The position numbers and the translations under genes are program-made. A DNA stretch of 64,000 nucleotides from Malacoraja senta (Eukaryota). Positions 13,976 through 26,947 of this stretch are shown here, in pieces; the first letter of the stretch is position 1; each line of letters begins with the position of its first letter. Under the pieces are notes generated by a model, which had not been told where the DNA came from, searched no databases, and saw only the letters and a program-made list of their open reading frames with translations. The stretch covers positions 24,862,001-24,926,000 of the forward strand of contig CM075985.1 in assembly GCA_038087875.1 (NCBI GenBank), read 5' to 3'.

Positions 13976-15330
13976 TTCAAGAGAGAGAGTCAAGAATGTT
14001 TTATTGTCATATGTCCCAGATAGAACAATGAAATTCTTACTTGCTGCAGCACAACAGAATATGTAAACATAGTACACTGTAAATAATATGATAAACGAGA
14101 GAGAGAAAAAAAAGTTCAGTGTGTGTATATACACACATACTCAAAAAGCAAACAATAATAGTGCAATATTAATAATAATAATAGTCTATTGTAGTTTAGA
14201 GCTTATATGAGGATGTAGTGTTTAATAGCCTGATGGCTGTAGGGAAGAAGCTGTTCCTGAATCTGGACGTTACAGTTTTCAGGCTCCTGTACCTTCTTCC
14301 CGACGGCAGTGGTGAAATGAGTGTGTGGCCAGAATGGTGAGGTCTCTGTTGATGCTGGCTCCATTTTTGAGGCAACAAATTTGATAAATCCCTTCAATGG
14401 TGGGGAGATCAGAGCCAGTAATGGACTGGGCAGTGTTTACAACTTTTTGCAGTCTTTTCCACTCCTGGATGATCAAGTTGCCCAACCAGGCCATGATGCA
14501 GCCAGTCAATATGCTCTCTACTGTGCACCTGTAGAAGTTGAAGAGAATCCTCTTTGACATACTGAATCTCCGTAACCTTCTCAAGAAGTAGAGGCTCTGA
14601 TGTGCTTTCTTTATTATTGCATCAGTGTGCTGGGTCCAGGAAAGATCTTCGGAAATATGCACGCCCAGGAATTTGAAGTTTTTGACTCTCTCCACCATCG
14701 TCCCATTGATATAAACAGGATTGTGGGTCCTAATCCTTCCTCTTCTAAAGTCCACAATCAGTTCTTTGGTTTTACCGATATTGTGAGCCAGGTTGTTGTG
14801 CTGGCACTATTTGGTTAATCGGTCAATCTCACTTCCATACTCTGATTCATCACCATCTGTAATTCATCTCACAATAGTGGTGTCATTGACGAACTTGAAG
14901 ATGGAGTTCGCACTGTGTCCAACTACACAGTCATGAGTATAGAGTGAGTAGAGCAGGGGGCTGAGCACGCAACCTTGAGGTGCTCTCGTTCTGATTGTTA
15001 CTGAGGATTAAGTATTTCAGTCAATTCAAGCAGATTATGGTCTGTGAATGAGGAAGTTGAGGATCCAATTGCAGAGGGATGCACAGAGACCCAATTCCGT
15101 GAGCTTGGTAACCAGCTTGCAGGGGATGATGGTATTGAACGCCAAGCTGTAGTCTATAAACAACAGCCTGACGTAAGTGTTATATTGTCCAAGTGGTCCA
15201 GTGTGGAGTGGAGAGCCAGTGAGATTGCATCCTCCGTGGACCTATTGTGATGGTAGGCAAACTGTAATGGGTCGAGGTTCTTGTTGAGGTAGGGGTTGAT
15301 ATGCCCCATAACCAACTTCTCAAAGAGTTG
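13976..15330 (-). mobile_element. Rex1/Babar-like LINE fragment
   Basis: ORFs with [40 protein letters not shown] and LPSGRRYRS..RFRNSFFP. Confidence 0.88.
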
Positions 15331-16411
15331 TGACCAATTGATGTACATGAGTTGCTGTGGAGATTCATTACTTATCCCTAGATTGTATATTTTGACTAAA
15401 CATCATCTGCTCAGTTTCAAAAGTACTGTACATTGAATGCATTGAGACAGCAGTGTGCCCCAATTAGTCAGCTAGAAGTTCTGCTCAATGGTGCATCTAG
15501 TAGTTCTGGTCAGTGGTGCATGGTGCATCTGGTCAGTGGTGGACTCACTGCTGAGATCTTCAGCCAAGGACGAGGCCAAAGTTGCCTGGAGTTCCAGAGC
15601 AGGTGGTGATAATTTTCACAGGAGCAGGTGCTGACACAGAGGCTGGTCTGGGTGGTCGGGATGCGTGTTGTTGTGAGTAGACCAGGTTTGTAAGCATAAT
15701 CAAGAATAGAAATAAGGAGACTGGGAGTGGGGCAGGGTTGATGACTAAGTTCTTATTAGATCTTGGTGCATCATGATGGCAGGGTCCTGAGATTATCAGT
15801 CCGGCTGAGGCATTGGTATCCGTCGGTGCCCTGTATGTGGCGACTCTTTGCATACCTTGTGTATGCAAAACAAAGAATCTCACGGTGACATGTCACGTGA
15901 TAATAAAGTATCATTCATTCATTCATACAGCAATACAAGTCTCTTATGATAACATGCTTGGAAGACTGATTAAATTTTGACCTCCTCATCTGAGAAAATA
16001 TATGCTTCCTGAGAGATCGTGCAGTGAAAGTTGACCGGATTGACTTCCGCTCCAGCAGAATTGTCATATCTGGAGAGATTAGGTCAAGTCCGTTTAACCA
16101 CCTGTAGTTAGTAGAATGGAAGAAAGCCTCACTGCAACTTCAAAAATCCAGAGAGGTCTGATAAGGATTCCCCTTGCTGTGGAGACTTAGACTATTGGGT
16201 CACAGTCTCAAGATATTGGCACGAAATTATGGACTGAAATGAGGAGAACATGAGGAGAGAGTGAGGCCCTGTGGAGTTTGCTAATCAAAACACTTGAGAG
16301 CCAACATCACTGAATATATTTTAGGAGGTAGAGAAATATAAAATATCAAAAGCCTCAAGGGGGTTGGATAGAAAGCGATCATCAGCCATAATCATATTGA
16401 ATGGCAGAGCT

Positions 16412-16492
16412 TGTCCTTCCATTTACTATACAATTAAAATAGTTGAGTGCCAATTGTCCATTTCCCTTATTGGCCAATAAATGAATCACCAG
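16412..16492 (+). pseudogene. Frameshifted CysD exon fragment (CPSIYYTIKIVECQ...)
   Basis: Nucleotide match to the central part of the array CysD exon, with a 1-nt deletion and no splice sites. Confidence 0.7.
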
Positions 16493-16627
16493 AGGAAATC
16501 GGTCTCGGACAGGCGGTAGAAAACTGGATTTTTATCCCGCCACCCCCCTCAAAGGCGCCAAAGTCACGCACATGGCCAGTGGCAGAACTGCAGCGCAGCT
16601 GAAGGTAAGTATTGTAACATTGCTACA

Positions 16628-16797
16628 ACATGCTGGAGTAACTCAGCGGGACCGGCAGCATCTCTGGAGAGAAGGAATGGATGATGTTTCGGGTCGAGAC
16701 CCTTCTTCAGTCTGAAAGAAGGGTCTTGACCTGAAACGTCACCCATTCCTTCTCTCCAGATATGCTGCCGGTCCCGCTGAGTCACTCCTACATTTTG
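16628..16797. repeat. ~170 bp palindromic interspersed repeat, Penelope-terminus-like; relatives near 3207-3310, 3780-3945, 5290-5350, 8870-8965, 44730-45200 and 58850-59020
   Basis: gctggagtaactcagcggg...gacccttcttcag is mirrored by ctgaaagaagggtc...cccgctgagtcactcc. Confidence 0.75.
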
Positions 16798-16951
16798 TAG
16801 GAGTCTATCTCAATTTTCTTGGCCCCGCTCTGGGAGCAGAAGAGGGGACGGATCGGATCCGCAATGGCCGTGAGCCCCAGGCCGAGTTCGACGATCGTTT
16901 GCCTGCTTCTACTGCTGTTGGAGGTGAGAGGTTGCGTCACGCCAGGGTCTT

Positions 16952-17175
16952 GGGCCTGTCCCACTTTGGCCGTCAGTTACGCAACGGGTCGGTTGCTCGC
17001 GAAGATTCCGTTTGGTACAAAATTCCGGAACGCCGCGCGATACCGCGCACAACTCCATACCCCTCCGCGCTTCTCAGTGGAAGCGGCCCCGCGCGGCCAC
17101 ACGATGCCCGTGCGCCTCAACGCGATGACGAGGTCACTTAATTTGCATGCCAAGGACACGCAAGTGGGACAGGCC
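16952..17175. mobile_element. PIF/Harbinger-like MITE at the array boundary
   Basis: gggcctgtcccactt ... aagtgggacaggcc; no clear TSD. Confidence 0.75.
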
Positions 17176-17655
17176 ACTTCACCAAAAGAGTTTCAGACCA
17201 CAACATCATCTACTACCAGCTACAAACTAAACAGGTAACAGTGGGATTACAGTACTTCTTGCCCACAATTGTTCTTGAAAGGAACCTGGTTTATTCTTCC
17301 GTCTTTGAACAAAATATCACTGATTGTATCTCACATTATTCTTCCTAATTGATTGCTTTGATAGGATGGCATCATTGGATTGATGTTGCAATTTAAAGGG
17401 CAACATGAAGAAGAAAATCTATTGTTAACATGACAATCTAACTGAATGTGATGAATGGAAACACAAAAGATGCTGATGGAAGGTTGTGCACTTGCCTCCT
17501 TAACATGGGGCAATTGTGAATTGACCAGCAATAAATGCCTGCATTGCTGGTGGTACCTACACCCTGAAATAAAAAATGAAAAGATGGACCTGATGCCAAG
17601 TCATCGAGCAACAGTGTGCATTATAACTTGCTGTGATATCTTTTATGTTTTACAG

Positions 17656-17712
17656 AAACAACAACAACAAAGGTACCACCCACAACTACATCGACCCGCA
17701 GCTACACAGCTG
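17656..17712 (+). CDS. Array Thr mini-exon copy 1 (ETTTTKVPPTTTSTRSYTA)
   Basis: ttttacag|AA ... G|gtaagt; 57 nt, phase 1-1. Confidence 0.82.
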
Positions 17713-18276
17713 GTAAGTGATTGACGGTTGTTTATCCTTGCACCAAGTTTGTCGGCACAGGTCTCTGGGTGAGCCATTGAGAAAGCAGCAACGTACAACT
17801 TTCACAGCTTTCTCAGATAATGCATTTTCTAAACATTTGCTTTTGAATTAATTGTAGCTGTGGACTTTGTGTTGTAAATTATGGATAATCTTCAGAGGAC
17901 TGTGTTTCGGTGAATTTTCCCATTAGACTGTGCTGATCAAGAAATCAACACCAGTTGATACAATATTCAGTGATGTGCATAATTGGCAGAAATAGGCTCA
18001 TGATTATGTGCCTCCAATATGTGAAATGCAAATGAGTATTCCACAGATTACTTTGATTTAATATATCTTGTCATCCAAAAATATTGTGATTCAAAAGAAG
18101 GCAAAATGTTTCAGGAATTTGGGAGTAGGTGCTGCACATCTTCACAACTATAAACCGGGCCAGTGCTGAGAAATACCATCAAATGAGGAAATATGTATCT
18201 TGCTATTTTATTTTGTACTTTTGGTTAATGAACACTTGAAGGAAGATGAACTGAACCTTTGCTTCTCCTTTTCCAG

Positions 18277-18618
18277 ACTGGAAATGTAATGGTGTCTGGT
18301 CTGCATGGTATAATAACCACAAACCAACTGAATATAGTCCAGGCGATACTGAATTACTGGAATCCATACGGCAAGATCTGTGTCCTTCCAGTTACTGTAC
18401 AATTAAAGAAGTTGAGTGTCAATTTGTCGATTTCCCTTATTGGCCACTAAATGAAACACCAGACAATGTGACCTGTGACCCAGACGTAGGACTGGTCTGC
18501 ACAGTCTCCAATGAGTCTTTGGAGGAAGTCAACATCTGTCTTGACTATCAAATTCGATTTTGCTATGAGCATGTAGCAACAATAACTCCAAGTACAACAT
18601 CAACAACAACAATTTCAG
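18277..18618 (+). CDS. CysD (Mucin2_WxxW) exon copy 1
   Basis: ttccag|AC ... G|gtaaat; 342 nt; DWKCNGVWSAWYN...GDTE...VTCDPDVGLVC...CLDYQIRFCY. Confidence 0.88.
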
Positions 18619-19502
18619 GTAAATATGCCAGTCATGTGCAAGGATACTGTCTTTTATTGAAGGGGCATTTGGAATTTTATTCTGTTTCAGTGAGAGTTCC
18701 AGATGCATTTCCATCTATCACGTTTCCCCTCTAATGAGCTCTGTACAAACTAGCCAGCCCATATTCTCTCCATTAATCCCCACTCTTCATGTGGCCATGC
18801 TACTTCTCATTTTCTTAAAATTCTATCCCTCACCGACGACTTCCTTCTGCTGCGGTCCATCCACTCTCCCTTCCTCCTTCCCTCTGTCTATTTCCAGCAG
18901 TAATTCTCAAGCCACCGATCTAAAGTACAGAGTATCCTTCAACTTTGATACCTTTCCCTATGAGGAACTCTTACTCTGCCCTTCTTTAACTCTCTATCAC
19001 TCCTTAACACCATTGAGAAACAACTTCACCAAAAGAGTTTCAGACCACAACATCATCTACTACCAGCTACAAACTAAACAGGTAACAGTGGGATTACAGT
19101 ACTTCTTGCCCACAATTGTTCTCGAAAGGAACCTGGTTTATTCTTCCGTCTTTGAACAAAATATCACTGATTGTATCTCACATTATTCTTCCTAATTGAT
19201 TGCTTTGATAGGATGGCATCATTGGATTGATGTTGCAATTTAAAGGGCAACATGAAGAAGAAAATCTATTGTTAACATGACAATCTAACTGAATGTGATG
19301 AATGGAAACACAAAAGATGCTGATGGAAGGTTGAGCACTTGCCTCCTTAACATGGGGCAATTGTGAATTGACCAGCAATAAATGCCTGCATTGCTGGTGG
19401 TACCTACACCCTGAAATAAAAAATGAAAAGATGGACCTGATGCCAAGTCATCGAGCAACAGTGTGCATTATAACTTGCTGTGATATCTTTTATGTTTTAC
19501 AG

Positions 19503-19559
19503 AAACAACAACAACAAAGTTACCACCCACAACTACATCGACCCGCAGCTACACAGCTG
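19503..19559 (+). CDS. Array Thr mini-exon copy 2
   Basis: Same splice sites as copy 1; KLPP variant. Confidence 0.82.
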
Positions 19560-20123
19560 GTAAGTGATTGACGGCTGTTTATCCTTGCACCAAGTTTGTC
19601 GGCACAGGTCTCTGGGTGAGCCATTGAGAAAGCAGCAACGTACAACTTTCACAGCTTTCTCAGATAATGCATTTTCTAAACATTTGCTTTTGAATTAATT
19701 GTAGCTGTGGACTTTGTGTTGTAAATTATGGATAATCTTCAGAGGACTGTGTTTCAGTGAATTTTCCCATTAGACTGTGCTGATCAAGAATTCAACACCA
19801 GTTGATACAATATTTAGTGATGTGCATAATTGGCAGAAATAGGCTCATGATTATGTGCCTCCAATATGTGAAATGTAAATGAGTATTCCACAGATTACTT
19901 TGATTTGATATATCTTGTCATCCAAAAATATTGTGATTCAAAAGAAGGCAAAATGTTTCAGGGATTTGGGAGTAGGTGCTGCACATCTTCACAACTATAA
20001 ACCGGGCCAGTGCTGAGAAATACCATCAAATGAGGAAATATGTATCTTGCTATTTTATTTTGTACTTTTGGTTAATGAACACTTGAAGGAAGATGAACTG
20101 AACCTTTGCTTCTCCTTTTCCAG

Positions 20124-20465
20124 ACTGGAAATGTAATGGTGTCTGGTCTGCATGGTATAATAACCACAAACCATCTGAATACAGTCCAGGCGATACTGAA
20201 TTACTGGAATCCATACGGCAAGATCTGTGTCCTTCCAGTTACTGTACAATTAAAGAAGTTGAGTGTCAATTTGTCGATTTCCCTTATTGGCCACTAAATG
20301 AAACATCAGACAATGTGACCTGTGACCCAGACGTAGGACTGGTCTGCACAGTCTCCAATGAGTCTTTGGAGGAAGTCAACATCTGTCTTGACTATCAAAT
20401 TCGATTTTGCTATGAGCATGTAGCAACAATAACTCCAAGTACAACATCAACAACAACAATTTCAG
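20124..20465 (+). CDS. CysD exon copy 2
   Basis: Intact AG/GT and open 342 nt frame. Confidence 0.88.
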
Positions 20466-21349
20466 GTAAATATGCCAGTCATGTGCAAGGATACTGTCTT
20501 TTATTGAAGGGGCATTTGGAATTTTATTCTGTTTCAGTGAGAGTTCCAGATGCATTTCCATCTATCACGTTTCCCCTCTAATGAGCTCTGTACAAACTAG
20601 CCAGCCCATATTCTCTCCATTAATCCCCACTCTTCATGTGGCCATGCTACTTCTCATTTTCTTAAAATTCTATCCCTCACCGACGACTTCCTTCTGCTGC
20701 GGTCCATCCACTCTCCCTTCCTCCTTCCCTCTGTCTATTTCCAGCAGTAATTCTCAAGCCACCGATCTAAAGTACAGAGTATCCTTCAACTTTGATACCT
20801 TTCCCTATGAGGAACTCTTACTCTGCCCTTCTTTAACTCTCTATCACTCCTTAACACCATTGAGAAACAACTTCACCAAAAGAGTTTCAGACCACAACAT
20901 CATCTACTACCAGCTACAAACTAAACAGGTAACAGTGGGATTACAGTACTTCTTGCCCACAATTGTTCTCGAAAGGAACCTGGTTTATTCTTCCGTCTTT
21001 GAACAAAATATCACTGATTGTATCTCACATTATTCTTCCTAATTGATTGCTTTGATAGGATGGCATCATTGGATTGATGTTGCAATTTAAAGGGCAACAT
21101 GAAGAAGAAAATCTATTGTTAACATGACAATCTAACTGAATGTGATGAATGGAAACACAAAAGATGCTGATGGAAGGTTGAGCACTTGCCTCCTTAACAT
21201 GGGGCAATTGTGAATTGACCAGCAATAAATGCCTGCATTGCTGGTGGTACCTACACCCTGAAATAAAAAATGAAAAGATGGACCTGATGCCAAGTCATCG
21301 AGCAACAGTGTGCATTATAACTTGCTGTGATATCTTTTATGTTTTACAG

Positions 21350-21406
21350 AAACAACAACAACAAAGTTACCACCCACAACTACATCGACCCGCAGCTACA
21401 CAGCTG
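21350..21406 (+). CDS. Array Thr mini-exon copy 3
   Basis: Same splice sites as copy 1. Confidence 0.82.
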
Positions 21407-21970
21407 GTAAGTGATTGACGGCTGTTTATCCTTGCACCAAGTTTGTCGGCACAGGTCTCTGGGTGAGCCATTGAGAAAGCAGCAACGTACAACTTTCACA
21501 GCTTTCTCAGATAATGCATTTTCTAAACATTTGCTTTTGAATTAATTGTAGCTGTGGACTTTGTGTTGTAAATTATGGATAATCTTCAGAGGACTGTGTT
21601 TCAGTGAATTTTCCCATTAGACTGTGCTGATCAAGAATTCAACACCAGTTGATACAATATTTAGTGATGTGCATAATTGGCAGAAATAGGCTCATGATTA
21701 TGTGCCTCCAATATGTGAAATGTAAATGAGTATTCCACAGATTACTTTGATTTGATATATCTTGTCATCCAAAAATATTGTGATTCAAAAGAAGGCAAAA
21801 TGTTTCAGGGATTTGGGAGTAGGTGCTGCACATCTTCACAACTATAAACCGGGCCAGTGCTGAGAAATACCATCAAATGAGGAAATATGTATCTTGCTAT
21901 TTTATTTTGTACTTTTGGTTAATGAACACTTGAAGGAAGATGAACTGAACCTTTGCTTCTCCTTTTCCAG

Positions 21971-22312
21971 ACTGGAAATGTAATGGTGTCTGGTCTGCAT
22001 GGTATAATAACCACAAACCATCTGAATACAGTCCAGGCGATACTGAATTACTGGAATCCATACGGCAAGATCTGTGTCCTTCCAGTTACTGTACAATTAA
22101 AGAAGTTGAGTGTCAATTTGTCGATTTCCCTTATTGGCCACTAAATGAAACACCAGACAATGTGACCTGTGACCCAGACGTAGGACTGGTCTGCACAGTC
22201 TCCAATGAGTCTTTGGAGGAAGTCAACATCTGTCTTGACTATCAAATTCGATTTTGCTATGAGCATGTAGCAACAATAACTCCAAGTACAACATCAACAA
22301 CAACAATTTCAG
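21971..22312 (+). CDS. CysD exon copy 3
   Basis: Intact AG/GT and open 342 nt frame. Confidence 0.88.
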
Positions 22313-23197
22313 GTAAATATGCCAGTCATGTGCAAGGATACTGTCTTTTATTGAAGGGGCATTTGGAATTTTATTCTGTTTCAGTGAGAGTTCCAGATGC
22401 ATTTCCATCTATCACGTTTCCCCTCTAATGAGCTCTGTACAAACTAGCCAGCCCATATTCTCTCCATTAATCCCCACTCTTCATGTGGCCATGCTACTTC
22501 TCATTTTCTTAAAATTCTATCCCTCACCGACGACTTCCTTCTGCTGTGGTCCATCCACTCTCCCTTCCTCCTTCCCTCTGTCTATTTCCAGCAGTAATTC
22601 TCAAGCCACCGATCTAAAGTACAGAGTATCCTTCAACTTTGATACCTTTCCCTATGAGGAACTCTTACTCTGCCCTTCTTTAACTCTCTATCACTCCTTA
22701 ACACCATTGAGAAACAACTTCACCAAAAGAGTTTCAGACCACAACATCATCTACTACCAGCTACAAACTAAACAGGTAACAGTGGGATTACAGTACTTCT
22801 TGCCCACAATTGTTCTCGAAAGGAACCTGGTTTATTCTTCCGTCTTTGAACAAAATATCACTGATTGTATCTCACATTATTCTTCCTAATTGATTGCTTT
22901 GATAGGATGGCATCATTGGATTGATGTTGCAATTTAAAGGGCAACATGAAGAAGAAAATCTATTGTTAACATGACAATCTAACTGAATGTATTGAATGGA
23001 AACACAAAAGGATGCTGATGGAAGGTTGAGCACTTGCCTCCTTAACATGGGGCAATTGTGAATTGACCAGCAATAAATGCCTGCATTGCTGGTGGTACCT
23101 ACACCCTGAAATAAAAAATGAAATGATGGACCTTATACAAAGTCATCGAGCAACAGTGTGCATTATAACTTGCTGTGACATCTTTTATGTTTTACAG

Positions 23198-23254
23198 AAA
23201 CAACAACATCAAAGGTACCACCCACAACTACATCGACCCGCAGCTACACAGCTG
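23198..23254 (+). CDS. Array Thr mini-exon copy 4
   Basis: Same splice sites as copy 1. Confidence 0.82.
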
Positions 23255-23818
23255 GTAAGTGATTGACAGTTGTTTATCCTTGCACCAAGTTTGTCGGCAC
23301 AGGTCTCTGGGTGAGCCATTGAGAAAGCAGCAACGTACAACTTTCACAGCTTTCTCAGATAATGCATTTTCTAAACATTTGCTTTTGAATTAATTGTAGC
23401 TGTGGACTTTGTGTTGTAAATTATGGATAATCTTCAGAGGACTGTGTTTCGGTGAATTTTCCCATTAGACTGTGCTGATCAAGAATTCAACACCAGTTGA
23501 TATAATATTTAGTGATGTGCATAATTGGCAGAAATAGGCTCATGATTATGTGCCTCCAATATGTGAAATGTAAATGAGTATTCCACAGATTATTTTGATT
23601 TGATATATCTTGTCATCCAAAAATATTGTGATTCAAAAGAAGGCAAAATGTTTCAGGGATTTGGGAGTAGGTGCTGCACATCTTCACAACTATAAACCGG
23701 GCCAGTGCTGAGAAATACCATCAAATGAGGAAATATGTATCTTGCTATTTTATTTTGTACTTTTGGTTAATGAACACTTGAAGGAAGATGAACTGAACCT
23801 TTGCTTCTCCTTTTCCAG

Positions 23819-24160
23819 ACTGGAAATGTAATGGTGTCTGGTCTGCATGGTATAATAACCACAAACCATCTGAATACAGTCCAGGCGATACTGAATTACT
23901 GGAATCCATACGGCAAGATCTGTGTCCTTCCAGTTACTGTACAATTAAAGAAGTTGAGTGTCAATTTGTCGATTTCCCTTATTGGCCACTAAATGAAACA
24001 TCAGACAATGTGACCTGTGACCCAGACGTAGGACTGGTCTGCACAGTCTCCAATGAGTCTTTGGAGGAAGTCAACATCTGTCTTGACTATCAAATTCGAT
24101 TTTGCTATGAGCATGTAGCAACAATAACTCCAAGTACAACATCAACAACAACAATTTCAG
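23819..24160 (+). CDS. CysD exon copy 4
   Basis: Intact AG/GT and open 342 nt frame. Confidence 0.88.
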
Positions 24161-25047
24161 GTAAATATGCCAGTCATGTGCAAGGATACTGTCTTTTATT
24201 GAAGGGGCATTTGGAATTTTATTCTGTTTCAGTGAGAGTTCCAGATGCATTTCCATCTATCACGTTTCCCCTCTAATGAGCTCTGTACAAACTAGCCAGC
24301 CCATATTCTCTCCATTAATCCCCACTCTTCATGTGGCCATGCTACTTCTCATTTTCTTAAAATTCTATCCCTCACCGACGACTTCCTTCTGCTGCGGTCC
24401 ATCCACTCTCCCTTCCTCCTTCCCTCTGTCTATTTCCAGCAGTAATTCTCAAGCCACCGATCTAAAGTACAGAGTATCCTTCAACTTTGATACCTTTCCC
24501 TATGAGGAACTCTTACTCTGCCCTTCTTTAACTCTCTATCACTCCTTAACACCATTGAGAAACAACTTCACCAAAAGAGTTTCAGACAACAACATCATCT
24601 ACTACCAGCTACAAACTAGACAGGTAACAGTGGGATTACTGTACTTCTTGCCCACAGTTGCTCTTCAAAGGAATCTCGTTTATTCTTCCGTCTTTGAACA
24701 AAATATCACTCTGATTCTATCTCACATTATTCTTCCTAATTGATTGCTTTGATAGGATGGCATAATTGGATTGATGTTGCAATTTAAAGGGCAACATGAA
24801 GAAGAAAATGTATTGTTAACATGACAATCTAACTGAATGTGATGAATGGTAACACAAAAGGATGCTGATGGAAGGTTGAGCACTTGCCTCCTTAACATGG
24901 GGCAATTGTGAATTGACCAGCAATAAATGCCTGCATTGCTGGTGGTACCTACACCCTGAAATAAAAAATGAAAAGATGGACCTGATACCAAGTCATCGAG
25001 CAACAGTGTGCATTATAACTTGCTGTGACATCTTTTATGTTTTACAG

Positions 25048-25104
25048 AAACAACAACAACAAAGGTACCACCCACAACTACATCGACCCACAGCTACACA
25101 GCTG
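25048..25104 (+). CDS. Array Thr mini-exon copy 5
   Basis: Same splice sites as copy 1. Confidence 0.82.
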
Positions 25105-25668
25105 GTAAGTGATTGACGGTTGTTTATCCTTGCACCAAGTTTGTCGGCACAGGTCTCTGGGTGAGCCATTGAGAAAGCAGCAACGTACAACTTTCACAGC
25201 TTTCTCAGATAATGCATTTTCTAAACATTTGCTTGTGAATTAATTGTAGCTGTGGACTTTGTGTTGTAAATTATGGATAATCTTCAGAGGACTGTGTTTC
25301 AGTGAATATTCCCATTAGACTGTGCTGATCAAGAATTCAACACCAGTTGATATAATATTCAGTGATGTGCATAATTGGCAGAAATAGGCTCATGATTATG
25401 TGCCTCCAATATGTGAAATACAAATGAGTATTCCACAGATTATTTTGATTTAATATATCTTGTCATCCAAAAATATTGTGATTCAAAAGAAGGCAAAATG
25501 TTTCAGGAATTTGGGAGTAGGTGCTGCACATCTTCACAACTATAAACCCGGCCAGTGCTGAGAAATACCATCAAATGAGGAAATATGTATCTTGCTATTT
25601 TATTTTGTACTTTTGGTTAATGAACACTTGAAGGAAGATGAACTGAACCTTTGCTTCTCCTTTTCCAG

Positions 25669-26010
25669 ACTGGAAATGTAATGGTGTCTGGTCTGCATGG
25701 TATAATGACCACATACCAACTGAATACAGTCCAGGCGATACTGAATTACTGGAATCCATACGGCAAGATCTGTGTCCTTCCAGTTACTGTACAATTAAAA
25801 AGGTTGAGTGCCAATTTGTCGATTTCCCTTATTGGCCACTAAATGATTCACCAGACAATGTGACCTGTGACCCAGACTTAGGACTGGTCTGCATAGTCTC
25901 CAATGAGCCTTTGGAGGAAGTCAACATCTGTTTTGACTATCAAATTCGATTTTGCTATGAGCATGTAGCAACAACAACTCCAAGTACAACATCAACAACA
26001 ACAATTTCAG
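25669..26010 (+). CDS. CysD exon copy 5
   Basis: Intact AG/GT and open 342 nt frame. Confidence 0.88.
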
Positions 26011-26890
26011 GTAAATATGCCAGTCATGTGCAAGGATACTGTCTTTTATTGAAGGGGCATTTGGAATTTTATCTGTTTCAGTGAGAGTTCCTGATGCATT
26101 TCCATCCATCACGTTTCCCCTCTAATGAGCTCTGTACAAACTAGCCAGCCCATATTCTCTCCATTAATCCCCACTCTTCATGTGGCCATGCTACTTCTCA
26201 TTTTCTTAAAATTCTATCCCTCACCGACGACTTCCTTCTGCTGCGGTCCATACACTCTCTCATCCTCCTTCCCTCTGTCTATTTCCAGCAGTAATTCTCA
26301 AGCCACCGATCTAAACTACAGAGTATCCTTCACCTTGGATACCTTTCCCTATGAGGAACTCTTACTCTGCCCTTCTTTAACTCTCTATCACTCCTTAACA
26401 CCATTGAGAAACAACTTCACCAAAAGAGTTTCAAACAACAACATCATCTACTACCAGCTACAAACTAGACGGGTAACAGTGGGATTACTGTACTTCTTGC
26501 CCACAGTTGCTCTTCAAAGGAACCTGGTTTATTCTTCCGTCTTTGAACAAAATATCACTGATTCTATCTCACATTATTCTTCCTAATTGATTGCTTTGAT
26601 TGGATGGCATAATTGGATTTATGTTGCAATTTAAAGGGCAACATGAAGAAGAAAATCTATTGTGAACATGACAATCTAACTGAATGTGATGAATGGAAAC
26701 ACAAAAGGATGCTGATGGAAGGTTGAGCACTTGCCTCCTTAACATGGGGCAATGGTGAATTGACAATAGATGCCTGCATTGCTGGTGGTACCTACACCTT
26801 GAAATAAAAAATGAAAAGATGGACCTGATACCAAGTCATCGAGGAACAGTGTGCATTATAACTTGCCGTGACATCTTTTATGTTTTACAG

Positions 26891-26947
26891 AAACAACAAC
26901 AACAAAGGTACCACCCACAACTACATCGACCCGCAGCTACACAGCTG
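26891..26947 (+). CDS. Array Thr mini-exon copy 6
   Basis: Same splice sites as copy 1. Confidence 0.82.

Noticed and set aside
16819-17238. 139 aa ORF with a hydrophobic stretch running into a Thr-rich end, as an alternative first exon
   Set aside because: It starts at TTG and crosses TE and MITE sequence into the dead exon; no promoter or usable in-frame donor is evident
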